DNA of 64,000 bases, from the NCBI GenBank assembly GCA_038087875.1, contig CM075980.1:57598001-57662000 (forward strand), read 5' to 3'. Position numbers and translations under genes: made by a program. This document shows, piece by piece, positions 52,340-63,900 of this stretch (position 1 is the stretch's first letter; each line of letters begins with the position of its first letter). The notes under the pieces are model-generated. The model was not told the origin of the DNA. It did no database searches and saw only the letters and a list, made by a program, of their open reading frames with translations. The stretch is from Malacoraja senta. Its lineage: Eukaryota.

Positions 52340-52969
52340 TCACTGGGGCCCTGTAAGACTGCAGAAGGACCTTTTTGCTCCTATACTCGACTACTCTTGT
52401 TATAAAGGCCAACATGCCATTCGCTTTCTTCACTGCCTGCTGTACATGCATGCTTACTTTCATAGACTGATGAACAAGGACTCCCAGATCCCATTGTACT
52501 TCCTTTTCCCAACTTGACGCCATTCAGATAGTAATCTGCCTTCCTGTTTTTAATACCAAAGTGGACAACCTCACATTTATCCACATTAAACTTCATCTGC
52601 CATGCATCTGCCCACTCCCCCAACCTGTCCAAGTCACCCTGCATTCTCATAGCATCCTCCTCACAGTTCACACTGCCACCCAGCTTTGTGTCATCTGCAA
52701 ATTTGCTAATGTTACTTTGAATCCCTTCATCCAACTCATTGATGTATATTGTAAGGCCCAGCACCGAGCCTTGCGGTACCCCACTAGTCACTGCCTGCCA
52801 TTCTGAATCCCCACTCTTTGTTTCCTGTCTGCCAACCAATTTTCTATCCATGTCAGCACTCTACCCCCAATACCATGTGCCCTAATTTTACCCACTAATC
52901 TCCTATGTGGGACCTTATCAAATGCTTTCTGAAAGTCCAGGTATACTACATCCACTGGCTCTCCCTTGT
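52340..52969 (-). mobile_element. CR1 RT fragment
   Basis: YLDFQKAFDKVPH, SGVPQGSVLG, SKFADDTKL. Confidence 0.92.
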
Positions 52970-53349
52970 CCACTGGCTCTCTACATCCATTGGCTCTCCC
53001 TTGTTTAGGAGGAAACCGGAGCATCCAGAGCAGGCCCAGGGTCGTCTCCCGCTGGCGAAGGGTGTGTTATTGCTTGGAGGCGAGACCCTCATGGACTGCT
53101 CTCGGGATGTGCACAAAGTGGCCCCGATTCACTGTCACTCAGCGGACGGCATCCTACACACTGGCGCAACTGGTACAGTCACCACCTCCCAGTGTGGGCG
53201 ACCAGGGTTCGAGCCTGACCTCCGGCACTGTTTATGTGGAGTCTGCACTTTCTCCCTGATGGTCGACGGTTGATTTCGAGTTAGATTTAGCTCTTAGGGC
53301 TAACGGAATCAAGGATTATGGGGAAGGAACGGGGTACTGATTTTGGATG

Positions 53350-53481
53350 TGGTGTAAATCGAAGGTAGACACAAAATGCTGGAGTTCAGTCTGAAGAAGG
53401 ATCTTGACCGAAACATCACCCATTCGTTCTCTCCGGAGATGCTGCCTGGCCCGCTAAATTACTCCAGCATTTTGTGTCCAC
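53350..53481 (+). mobile_element. Short pLTR-derived element with hammerhead motif
   Basis: 15-bp TSD tactgattttggatg 53335-53349/53482-53496; CTGAAGA...GAAAcaTC. Confidence 0.85.
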
Positions 53482-55859
53482 TACTGATTTTGGATGATCA
53501 GACATGATCATATGGAATGGCTCTAAGGGCCGAATGGCCTACTCTTGCACCTATTGTCTATGCTTCTATGTTTCACCCGGAGAAAACACACGGACAAACA
53601 GCACGTAGTTAGAATTGAACAGGGGTGTCTGGCGCTGGGAAGCAGCAGATCTACCACAGCGCCACTGTGCCACCCATTTCAAGAGGATTTGAGCAGAAGT
53701 GTAAGGGCATCTTACTGGGATTATGGAGGACCTGCTGAGACTTCACCACCCGTTCTGTGTAATTAATATCCCTACCAAATTTATGCATTTGCAATATATT
53801 GCAAGACAAAGTGCAACAAAGATTAATCGAATTGATTCAGCATGAGGGGAATTGTCCAGTGGGGAGAGACAATGCAAATTGGGCCAACACTTTCCAGAGT
53901 ATTGAAAGATGATGGATCACGTCAACAAAATTCCTTCAGGACTTGACAGGATAGATGCTGGGGTGATGTTTCCCCTTGGCTTGGGCCTCTAGAATTAGGA
54001 CTCACAGCCTTAAAATAATCATCCAGGACTGACACATGATAAAATATCTTCACTCAAAGGTTAGTGAATCTTTGCGATTTTCTTCACGACAACTGTGGAA
54101 GCTCAGGTGCTAAGTATATTTGAGACATAGATCAGTATTTTTTGGATTCAGAGGAAGGAATATGTAGGACCAGAAATGGCACTGAAGCAAAAGATCACAT
54201 TGAATTGTGGAGCAGGTGCCAGGTACTGAATTTCCCCCTGCCCTGACTGATTATGTTCTCTCTTCTTCTTGTCATTTACTTGTTTGTGCCTTGAATGTGC
54301 ATAATTTAAGTACAATTTATGTCTTGAAGTGTTGCGTGCTGCTGCAAGCAAGATTTTCATTGTACCTGTACCACACCTTACTGTGCACATGACAAAAAAT
54401 GCAAATTGTCTTGAAAATGTCATTGAATATGATGGGAAACACGTTAATCTTAATAGCCTGTGAATTGGACCGAGAGCAATTTAAAGCAAGGGTCATGCAA
54501 ATTACAGGAGGATTTGACTCGAGGTCCTCACTGATTTCCAACATAATAATGGAAAATAAGACAAACAAATTAGTTCAAACATTAACAGAACAAGATAAAT
54601 TATGCTGGCTAAAATAAGAATTTACACTTGCAAAAAAACAGAATTTGAAAATGCACTAAATCACTCAAAAATTTTTTAGATTAAGGCAACTTTCATCAGT
54701 AGTTTACAACTTTCCAGAATAGCTGTTAAACTTTGAAACAAAACAAATAGCAGAACCGATCAGGACTTTTTGATTTAATTTACAGAAAATGCAGTGGCAT
54801 CTGAATAGCGAAACAAAGAATTAATATTTGCTGAGAGATAAATTTAAAATAAAAAGGCTAAAAGCAATCACCATTGTTTGAAAATAAACCTTGCTTTTAT
54901 CCATTCAAAACACCAGTCACTGGCTATTTGATCTCATCTCAAAATAATAAGCAGCCATCTATCCTATAAGAAAAGTGAGTTATCTGATTTCAATTCATAC
55001 CCTCAGCTTGGGAAATGGGTGCTATTGGGTATTAATGTCAACAGGAATGATAAAACTATCAATTGCCATAAGAAGCCAGTGGATTCATGAATGTCCTTTG
55101 GATAGGATATTCATGAGAATCCTTTGTGGAAGAAATTCTACTATCCTTAGTGTCTGAGCTAACTGTTACTCCAAGCCTAAGAGTCCCGACCCAAAACGTC
55201 ATCCATCTTTTTTCTCGAGATGCTGCCTGACCTGCAAAGATACTCCAGCACTTTGTGTCTATCTTCAGTATGAACTAGCATCTGCAGTTCCTTTCTACAC
55301 TATCAATGTGGTTGACTTTTGTCTTGTCCTGTTTAATTTTAGCTTAGTGTATTATTATGTATACTAAGACACAGTGAAAAGCTTTGTTTTGCATGTTTAG
55401 TTTATTATTGTCACTAGGAAGCAGTGAAAAGCTTTGTTCTGCTTGCTATCCAGTCAAATCACACCATGAGTACAATCATACACAAGTAAAACATTGGGAC
55501 AATTGTAGTGGTTAACAGATCCTCTACTGGGACAGCTCCAAATAGGTGGCATATTCTAGTGCCATTGTGCATTCTTCAAATCTCAAGTTTCTGAAAAGTC
55601 TAATCTTTTGATGCAACGAGATATGCATTTCTTAATTGATGGCCCACAGTCCTGTTGGCACAAGATTGATGATGCAAGGGTTGGTCTGACCCAGTGCGAT
55701 GATGCTATCTGTTCTTTCAGCTGCCCTGGTTCTGCGCTCGATCTGCTCACTCGCTAAGCTGCTGCAGAGCCTCCAGCGGTCGCTTCATCCTCCCCATTCC
55801 AACACCGTGGCTTGCATGTCAAATTTCACTCATTCCACATGATGTTTTTGTTTTTTTAA

Positions 55860-56137
55860 GAGATAAAGCAAAGAAATAAGCCCTTTGGCCAACCTAGTCT
55901 TAGCCGACCAGCGATCAACTGTACACTAGTTCTATCCTACACACTAGGGACAATTGTACAGAAGCCAATTAACCAACAAACCTGCACGTCTTTGGAATGT
56001 GAGAGGAAATCGGAGCGCCCAGAAATCCATGCGGTCACAGGGAGAACGTACAAACTCCGTACAGACAACACCCAAAGTCAGGATCGAAGCAGACTCTTTG
56101 GAGCTGTAAGGTGTCAACTCTACCACTGTGCCACCGG
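55860..56137 (-). mobile_element. HE1-like SINE
   Basis: Reverse complement of the family; further copies at ~10310-10550(+), 33540-33697(-), 35920-36010(-), 45295-45555(-), 53160-53260(+), 53570-53675(-). Confidence 0.85.
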
Positions 56138-56243
56138 GAACGTCATTTCAACTCTGGAGAGGACTCAAACCAATTGCCTTCTCCTTTCTCTTTCTCACCC
56201 ACCCACTGTCATGTACAATAGCATAACAATCCCAAAACCTTAC

Positions 56244-56480
56244 CTTTAAAGTGTCCGCCAATAAGTCAACTTGTTGATTTAGTACATTCTCTGACTCCTT
56301 ATATGACAGACACGTGAACTGGTATTCTTCTGGATCAAAGGCGTCTGCGCCTTGCTGCTCCACATCGCCCGCTACCCCATCGTAATAGTCACGCATATCT
56401 CCCTGGTCCTCTTCCTCCTCCGAGTCTCCATTATAGTCATCATTACTGTCAGAACTCTGGCTATTCATATCCACCGACAT
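56244..56480 (-). CDS. ARIH2: ARIH2 coding exon 1 (acidic N-terminus, MSVDMNSQ...LADTLK, 79 aa)
   Basis: Translation matches the ARIH2 N-terminus ([20 protein letters not shown]); ACCATG start; donor AAG|gtaagg; likely acceptor tttctcttttccag with the exon starting at 56588. Confidence 0.97.
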
Positions 56481-56510
56481 GGTCAAGACTGTTCGAATTC
56501 TTCACAAATT

Positions 56511-56573
56511 TTATGATACCCAAAAGCAAAATGCTTTATTTACAAATTGTCCCTGCTCTCTCCCAACCTTCAT
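56511..56573 (-). promoter_or_regulatory. Upstream ORF in the ARIH2 5' UTR (MKVGREQGQFVNKAFCFWVS*)
   Basis: ATG 56573, TAA 56513-56511, ends 30 nt before the main ATG, inside the predicted exon (start 56588). Confidence 0.6.
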
Positions 56574-56995
56574 CTGTTGTTTGATTAGCTGGAAAAGAGA
56601 AACAAACCATGAATAGTATAAACAAAAGCGAGGTACCAATAACCAAATACTTTTTAACATCTTTCCCTCGTGTCCTGTAAAAATTACTCGTACCGAGGCA
56701 CAATTCAATGAGACCAGTTTATACTTTACACCCACATATGATCCAAAAATTAAATAAAATTTGCAAACTCAGTTTAATATCTTCATCATTCCCAGCAAGT
56801 TATTCAGTGCATCTACAGCTGGCAAAACCCCAGAAAAATATTAATTCTGCAAGAATACTCTACTCTCTGAAATGTGTTGAAAATTTTACTTGATTTTAAA
56901 CCTTGAAAAAAGGCCACATGGAAATCCAGTGCTAGAACTGGCAGAAGAAAAAAAAAGTTCAAATTGTCTGTGCAATATCAACATGGTGCTGCACA

Positions 56996-57126
56996 GTGTG
57001 TAGGAAAGAACTGCAGATGCTGGTTTAAATAGAAGGTAGACACAAAATGCTGGAGTAACTCAGCGGGACAGGCAGCATCTCTGGAGAGGAATGGGTGAGG
57101 TTTCAGGTCGAGATCCTTCTTCAGAC
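56996..57126 (-). mobile_element. Single-arm pLTR-derived element with hammerhead-like core
   Basis: rc reads gtCTGAAGAaggatctcgacctGAAAccTCaccc...; related arms at ~381-482, 5511-5610, 11281-11333, 15200-15280, 38455-38582, 42670-42735, 47185-47270, 50213-50292, 55180-55300. Confidence 0.8.
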
Positions 57127-58368
57127 AGCAGGGCTGCTCAGCCCACGTTGTCTCTGTGCTCACGTGGTTTGCATGGTACCAACTGAAGAGCTAAGAGTTC
57201 CAGATTTTAGTCATATATTCCCATCCATTAACATTACCAATTAACAGACTGTCCTTTCATGTGCAAATGTTGACTGCAGGTTTGCTTATCTGAAATAGAC
57301 TGCATATTAAAATTCAGTTTAATTATGAAGCACTGGAGACATCCTGAGGATGTGGCATTGCATTTATAAATGCAAGTTTATTCTTTAACGTAAAACCAGC
57401 TATGACATGGAGCCAAGATCAACAGCATGGATGCTTAGACGTTGTCAAATATACACACAAAGGAAAGATGAACGTAAATATATATTGAAAAAATAAGCCA
57501 AATCAGGAGGAGGCTGGAATTAAGTATAAATGTAACATTAATTTGTGGATCGGGAGTTCTTGCCATTTGCTGGAGCAAAGTTTGTTCAGTCACTGCAAAT
57601 GCTCAAACACACTGTACTTATATTTTATGCTCAAGACGAGGCACAATTTCCATGTCTAATATGATTAGCCATTGACGAGATCTTCCCAACTTTATTTCCC
57701 ACTTCTCTCTCACTAGCATCTGATGTACCGATACAACACAAGGGTGACATTTTCCACCATCCTCTTCCCTCTTTCCTGTACAACTTCTATTGAATTTGCC
57801 TATTTCCTATACCACTGTAGACAGAAAATAAACCATTGTTATCAAAGGACGATGTACTGACAAATAAATTTTGACTTTTATAACTCTTGCCCACTTGTAA
57901 GGACACGTAAATTTTGGCATTGCCAAACATGTTTAAATGTTGTACTAGTGTAGCACCTCTATTAGTAAATAACAACTAAGAGCTGAGTTGAATCCCAAAC
58001 AAATCCAAATAAAACTGCTCATAGAGATTTTAAATTTGAGGAACAGACATTCCTTAAGTTGCTACGTTTTTCCGGTGGTAAAAGTGATCTCAAAAGTGTG
58101 ATCAATGGTTAGACTTATGCCCAGAACTTATTGCTTTGGCAATGTACGCAGAGAGAGAAGATATTGAGAGGGGATTAATCGAAGAGGGACAGGCCTGAAA
58201 TGAAGGAAAGGAAAACTGTCCAGAAAACCAAATAATAGAAGCTGGATGGCACTTTAGCAGTGTTATGCTGAGATAACCAGATTAACAGCAAGTATTACAA
58301 GTACCCGTTTAAGTTTTATTTTATAACTCATGAACTACCAATCTTGTACCTCATGGCACATTTCTTAC

Positions 58369-58422
58369 CTCAATATTTTTTCAATCAGAAGAATTACCAG
58401 CATGTAAATTCTCCAATTATAT
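58369..58422 (-). other. Candidate 54-nt non-coding 5' UTR exon of ARIH2
   Basis: tacag| acceptor (weak pyrimidine tract) and strong GAG|gtaaga donor in non-repetitive DNA. Confidence 0.3.
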
Positions 58423-60345
58423 CTGTATAATACTTATCAGGCTGTTAACAGGCAACTGAACCATCCTATCACCAACTCAAGTGCGGTTCTGAGCTACCAT
58501 CTACCTCAATGGAGACCCTCAGACTATATTTCATTAGACTTTACTGGACTTTATCTTGCACTAAACATTATATCCTTCATCCTGTATCTGTACACAGCTT
58601 GATTATAATCAAGTATATAGTCTTTCCGCTGACTGGTTAACAAGCAACAAAAGCTTTTCACTATACCTCGGTACACGTGACAATAAACTAAACTACTGCG
58701 TAACCCTGAGTAATGATATTTGGAGGCACTTGAAGGGCATTGGAGGAAAATGAACTTTTTAACTCGCTCAATATCATCAAATGAGTGGTTGCAAACAAGA
58801 CCTATCAGTGGAATGAGAGCTATGGCTTTTCCCAAACTCAATTCTAAACTTCATCAAATGCAGTCGATTCGGTTTTAAGCTGGCTGAGATCTAGCAGAAA
58901 TACAGACCTGAAATCAAAGCTTTGATCCCAATGATTAGAAGTTAGAGAAATTCAACTCAACAAGTGCAATACAACGAAGAATAGGCAACAAACTATTATT
59001 CCACCAGTTAATCAGCTTTAAGCAAGATATGGTTATATACTTTGTATGGGAGAGATAAGATACACAACTGTACATGTTTCCTGTTCCTCTAAATTTCCAA
59101 ACTGGTGTACTGCTCCTTGTTGTTTTGTATGTGTTTGTTTGTTTGTTTGTCGTCTGTGAAAACCCCACAAAGATCACTTTCATGAGAGAGGTACTCATTA
59201 ACATCAAACATATGGTACCTCCAAACATCGTTCTGGGTTGCTACGTTTTTCTCACTTGCTGGATTATTTGGACATACTCTTCGGTGGGGCTGTGGCTGTG
59301 TTCAAGGTCTTGAGACGGAGGAGGACCCGTGGGAAGCGCTCTGGAGCACTCACCCGACTCCGGCGACGAGGATTACGCGCACCGCTCCCGAGTATATTCC
59401 ATGCAAATCTACGTTCTCTCAACAATAAAGTGGACGAACTGCAACTCCTGCACCAGACAAACAAGGACTTCTCTCGAGCCGCTGCCCTGTGCCTTCACCA
59501 AGACCGGGCTGTGTGAGTCGACCCCGGACAATGCGCCGCAACTGACTGGCTTTCAACTACATAGTGTGGACCGCGAAGCAGAGGCAGCGGGACTGGTGCA
59601 GCGACATCACGGTACTGTCAAACTTCTGTTCTCTCTATCTAGAATCTTTCTTTATAAACTGCAAACACTTTTATTCTCCGAGGTAATTTACCGCTTTTAT
59701 TCTCGCTGGAGTTTACAGAGGTAGAGAGTGACTTGCTTTCAACTCCATGGTCATTATTTTGGGAGACTTGAATAATCGCTAACCTCAGCCGAGAGCTTCC
59801 AAAGTACATGTTACCTGCCCTACCAGAGGGGAGAGAACACTCGATCACTGTTACACTTCAATCAAGAATGCATATCGCTCTGTTCCCCGGGCGACTCTGG
59901 GTCTCTCTGATCATTGTTTAGTTCACCTTATTCCAACCTACAGGCAGAAACTAAAATCTGCTAAGCTTGTGGTCAGAACAACGAAAAGGTGGACAACTGA
60001 GGGTATTGAAAACCTACAGTCCTGCTTTAACTACACTGATTGGAATGTGTTCAGGGAAGCAACCACAAGCCTTGATGAGTATACAGACACTGTGACATCA
60101 TATGTCAGCTTTTGTGAAGACAGTTGCATTCCCACTGGGACCCGGATCTGATTCAACAACGACAAGCCCTGGTTTACAGCAGAACTCAGACAGCTCCGCC
60201 AGTCTAAAGATGAGGCCTACAGGAGCGGGGATGCAGACCTCTACAGGCAGGCCAACTACAAGCTGAGAAGAGGAATCAGAGCTGCCAAGGAAAGGTACTC
60301 TGAGAAGTTGAGGAGCAAGTTCTCAGCTAATCAGAATCAGAATCA

Positions 60346-60675
60346 AAGCCCTGTCCCACGGTACGAGTTCATTCCAAGAGCTCTCCCGAGTTTAAAAAAA
60401 ATCAAACTCGTGGTAAGCACGGAGAATGAACGTAGCGGGTACGTCAGAGCTCGGGGACGTCACTTAGCGGCTCGTAACGCTAACGGCCGGTACTCGGGAA
60501 GACTCGCTAACGGCAGGTAAGCACGGGAAGACTCGTGAAGATTTTTCAACATGTTGAAAAATGTCCACGAGAGCCCCGAGTACCGACGAGTGGCCATTAC
60601 AGTAAATCTCCGAGTTCGAATCAGGGCAAACTCGGGAGAGCTCTTGGAATAAACTCGTACCGTGGGACAGGGCTA
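60346..60675. mobile_element. PIF/Harbinger-type MITE
   Basis: ~47-bp TIR AGCCCTGTCCCACGGTACGAGTT..., TCA TSD. Confidence 0.85.
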
Positions 60676-60898
60676 TCACACTTTATTCGCCAAGTATGTT
60701 TTGCAACATACGAGGAATTTCATTGGCCAGGTCAGACATAAAATTAAAAGCAACTCAAAAACACATTTTAACACGAACATCCACCACAGTGACTCCTACA
60801 CATTCCTCACTGTGATGGAAGGCGAAATAAAGTTCAAGTCCTTCCTTTGTTCTTCCTCGGTCGAGGGCCTCGAGCATCGGGGACTCTTCTTCAGTTTG

Positions 60899-61559
60899 AA
60901 GACCGCTCCCTCCGTAACTCCCTGCTCAATTCTTCCCTTCCCACCCGCAAGGGCACTTTCCCTTTCAACTGCAGGAGATGCTACACTTGTCGCTTTACTT
61001 CCCCCCTCGACTCCATTCAAAGACCCAAGCAGTCGTTCCAGGTGCGACAGAGGTTCACCTGCACCTCCTCCAACCTCATCTATTGCATCCGCTGCTCTGG
61101 ATGTCAGCTGATCTATATCGGTGAGACCAAGCGTAGGCTTGCCGATCGTTTCGCCGAACACCTCCGCTCGGTCCGCATTAACCAACCTGATCTCCCTGTG
61201 GCTCAGCACTTCAACTCCCCCTCCCATCCCGAATCCAACCTTTCTGTCCTGGGCCTCCTCCATGGCCAGAGTGAGCACCATCAGAAATTGGAGGAGCAGC
61301 ACCTCATATTCCGCTTGGGCAGTCTGCACCCCAGCGGCATGAACATTGACCTCCAATTTCCGGTAGCCCTTGCTATCTACTCCCCGTCTCAGCTCTCCCT
61401 CAGCCCTCTGGCTCCTCCTTTTCCTTTCTTCTTCCCGCCCCCCCCCTCCCCCCCACCCGACATCAGTCTGAAGAAGGGTTTCGGCCCGAAACGTTGCCCA
61501 TTTCCTTCTCTCCATAGATGCTGCCGCACCGGCTAAGTTTCTCCAGCACTTTTGTCTAC
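60899..61559 (+). mobile_element. Penelope-like (Neptune-type) 3' fragment: Cys-rich linker, GIY-YIG endonuclease, pLTR
   Basis: CRRCYTC...TCTSSNLIYCIRC..C..IYIGETKRRL..RFAEH...VAQHFN...LEEQHLIFRL...P.GMN; TSD cttcttcagtttg 60886-60898/61560-61572. Confidence 0.92.
61466..61498 (+). ncRNA. Minimal type-I hammerhead ribozyme motif in the Penelope pLTR
   Basis: gt-CTGAAGA-a-GGGT ttcg GCCC-GAAA-cg-TT-gc: core CUGANGA / stem II / GAAA / UH with palindromic AACGTT for stem III. Confidence 0.7.
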
Positions 61560-63114
61560 CTTCTTCAGTTTGGAAGGGCTTGCAAGAAATCACCAGCTAC
61601 AAGAGGAAAATCCCCCGCTCCTTGGACAATCGTCAGCTGACCAACGATCTGAACGAGTTCTACTGCAGGTTCGATAAACAGAAACTTAAACCTGGTACCT
61701 CCTCCCCTCCCCCCTCCCCAACCAACACTTCACACCTACTCACAGCCTGACTCCAGTCTGCAAAGACTGGGCCCTCATCCCCCTCATTGCTGCCCAACAT
61801 CAATCTGGCCACTTTTCCATCACCAACAATAGAAATTGAGGAGGTGGAAAGCCTATTCAGAAGACTGAAAAAACGGAAATCTCCAGGACTGGACAATGTT
61901 TCCCCATCTTCCCTCAAGCTCTGTGCCGAACAACTGGCTCAAATATTTTCAACCAGTCCCTGCAAACCTGTACTGTCCCTGCATGCTTCATAGTCTCCAC
62001 TATTGTCCCTGTACCCAAAAATACAAGGATTACTGGTCTTAATGACTACAGGCCTGTCGCACTGACCTTTGTGGTCATGAAGACCCTTGAAAGACATGCT
62101 GGCCAAGCTGAAAAATATCACAAACCCCATGCTGGATCCTCTGCAGTTTGCATACCAAGCCAGTGGATGACGCAGTCAACCTAGGCCTGTACTTCATCCT
62201 CCAGCACCTAGACTGGAATAGGGGAGGAATCTGCCGACAGGCAGGAAGTGGCACAGTTGGCTTTCTGGTGCCTTCATAACAACCTGGAGCTCAATGCCCT
62301 TAAGACAGTGGAATTGATTGTAGACTTTAGGAGAGCTCCCCCTCCCCTCCCCCCACTCACCATCAACAACACCAGTTACATCTGTGGAGTATTTTAAGTT
62401 CCTTGGAACCATCATCTCCAATGACCTGAAATGGAGGGCCACCATCGACTCCACAGTCAAAAAGGCCGAACAGAGGACATACAGTTCACCAACGAGTCGT
62501 CCCTCTTTTCTCCGGTCCTTCATCCTTCGTGTGCCGGGAGTGCCTCTGGCGTGGGAGATTAAACACCTCCTCCTGCTGGCCCTTTGTCCATCATATGTTG
62601 TTCAACAATCTCCTCCTTCCAGTTCCTGGTCTTTGGGGTGAGTGGGAGATGAGCCTTGGACTCACTCCAGTTGGGTTCTATGGCCGGCTGCCTGTCGGAA
62701 TTTGGCAACTGCCCGCGCGGACCCATGCCCCCCCTCATCAGTGACTCGGGGCTGAGTTTGGAAGCGCTTCCCCTCGGCAGGCCATAGTCCGATGGTCTTT
62801 TGCTGTCCAGAAGTGCAGCCCAATGGTCCTTTTCTGGAAACTCCTGAGTTTCTATGTTTTACTACACTCTGCAGAGCCCACCCAATTACTGTGCAAGACC
62901 TGCCCAAGTTTAGCTTACAAAACGCAACACCTTGCACTTACTCGAGTTAAATTCTATCTGCCTTTTCTTGGTACACTTCCCCATTTCATCTAGATACTGT
63001 TATGGGCATAGAAAGAAGGTGAGAGGGGATAGGTTTAAAAAGGACACGGTGGACAACTATCTATACAGAGAAGGTAGTGGGTATATGGAACAAGTTACCA
63101 GAGGGAGCAGCAGA

Positions 63115-63900
63115 GCTGTAAAATTAGTTTTAAAAGATTTTGGTAGTAGGAATAAAGGCGAAGACTATTTTCTAAATGAGAAGAGAATCCAGAAATTGGA
63201 AGTGCAAAGGGACTTGGGAGTGCTGGTGCAAGATTCCCAAAAGGTTAATATAGAAGTCGAATTGGTAGAAAGGAAGGCAAACACAATGCTAGCATTTATT
63301 TCAATAGGGCAAGAATACAAAAACAGGGATGTAAGCTGAGGCTCCATAAGGCGCTGGTCAGGTCACATTTGGAGTATTGCGAGCCATTATAGGCACCATA
63401 TCAGAGGAAGGATGTACTGGCTCTGGAGAGGATCCAGAGGTTAACAAAAATGATCCCATGAATGAGTAGGTTAACATATGATGAGCATTTGACAGCACTG
63501 GGCCTCTACTCGCTGGAGTTTATAAGGATGAAGAGGGACCTCACTGAAACATACCAATAGTGAAAGGCTTGGATAGAGTGGAGAGGATGTTTCCACTAGT
63601 GGAAGCGTGTAGGACTAGAGGTCATAGCCTCAGAATTAAAGGATGTTCCTTTAGGAAGGAGATGAGGAGGAATTTCTTTAAACAGAGGATGGTGAATCTG
63701 TGGAAATCTTAGCCACAGAAGGCTGTGGAGGCCAAGTCAATGGATATTTTTAAGGTAGACATAGATAGATTCTTGATTAGTACGGGTGACAGGGGTTATG
63801 GGAGAAAGCAGGAGAATGGGGTTTGAAGAGAGAGTTAGATCAGCCATGGTTGAATGGCGGAGTAGACTTGGTGGGCCGAAGGCCTAATGCTGCACCTATC
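63115..63900 (+). mobile_element. CR1 3' fragment
   Basis: QRDLGVLV..S.K, KANTMLAFI remnants and CR1 tail. Confidence 0.85.

Larger units (their letters stand above)
59040..62480 (+). mobile_element. Rex/Babar-type LINE, decayed, with two nested insertions
   Basis: [72 protein letters not shown] remnants. Confidence 0.85.

Noticed and set aside
56589-56674. Alternative acceptor tttttacag at 56675 for the first coding exon
   Set aside because: Weaker pyrimidine tract than the acceptor at 56589; possible but unsupported.
60796-61593. 265-aa minus-strand ORF
   Set aside because: Antisense shadow of the Penelope GIY-YIG frame.
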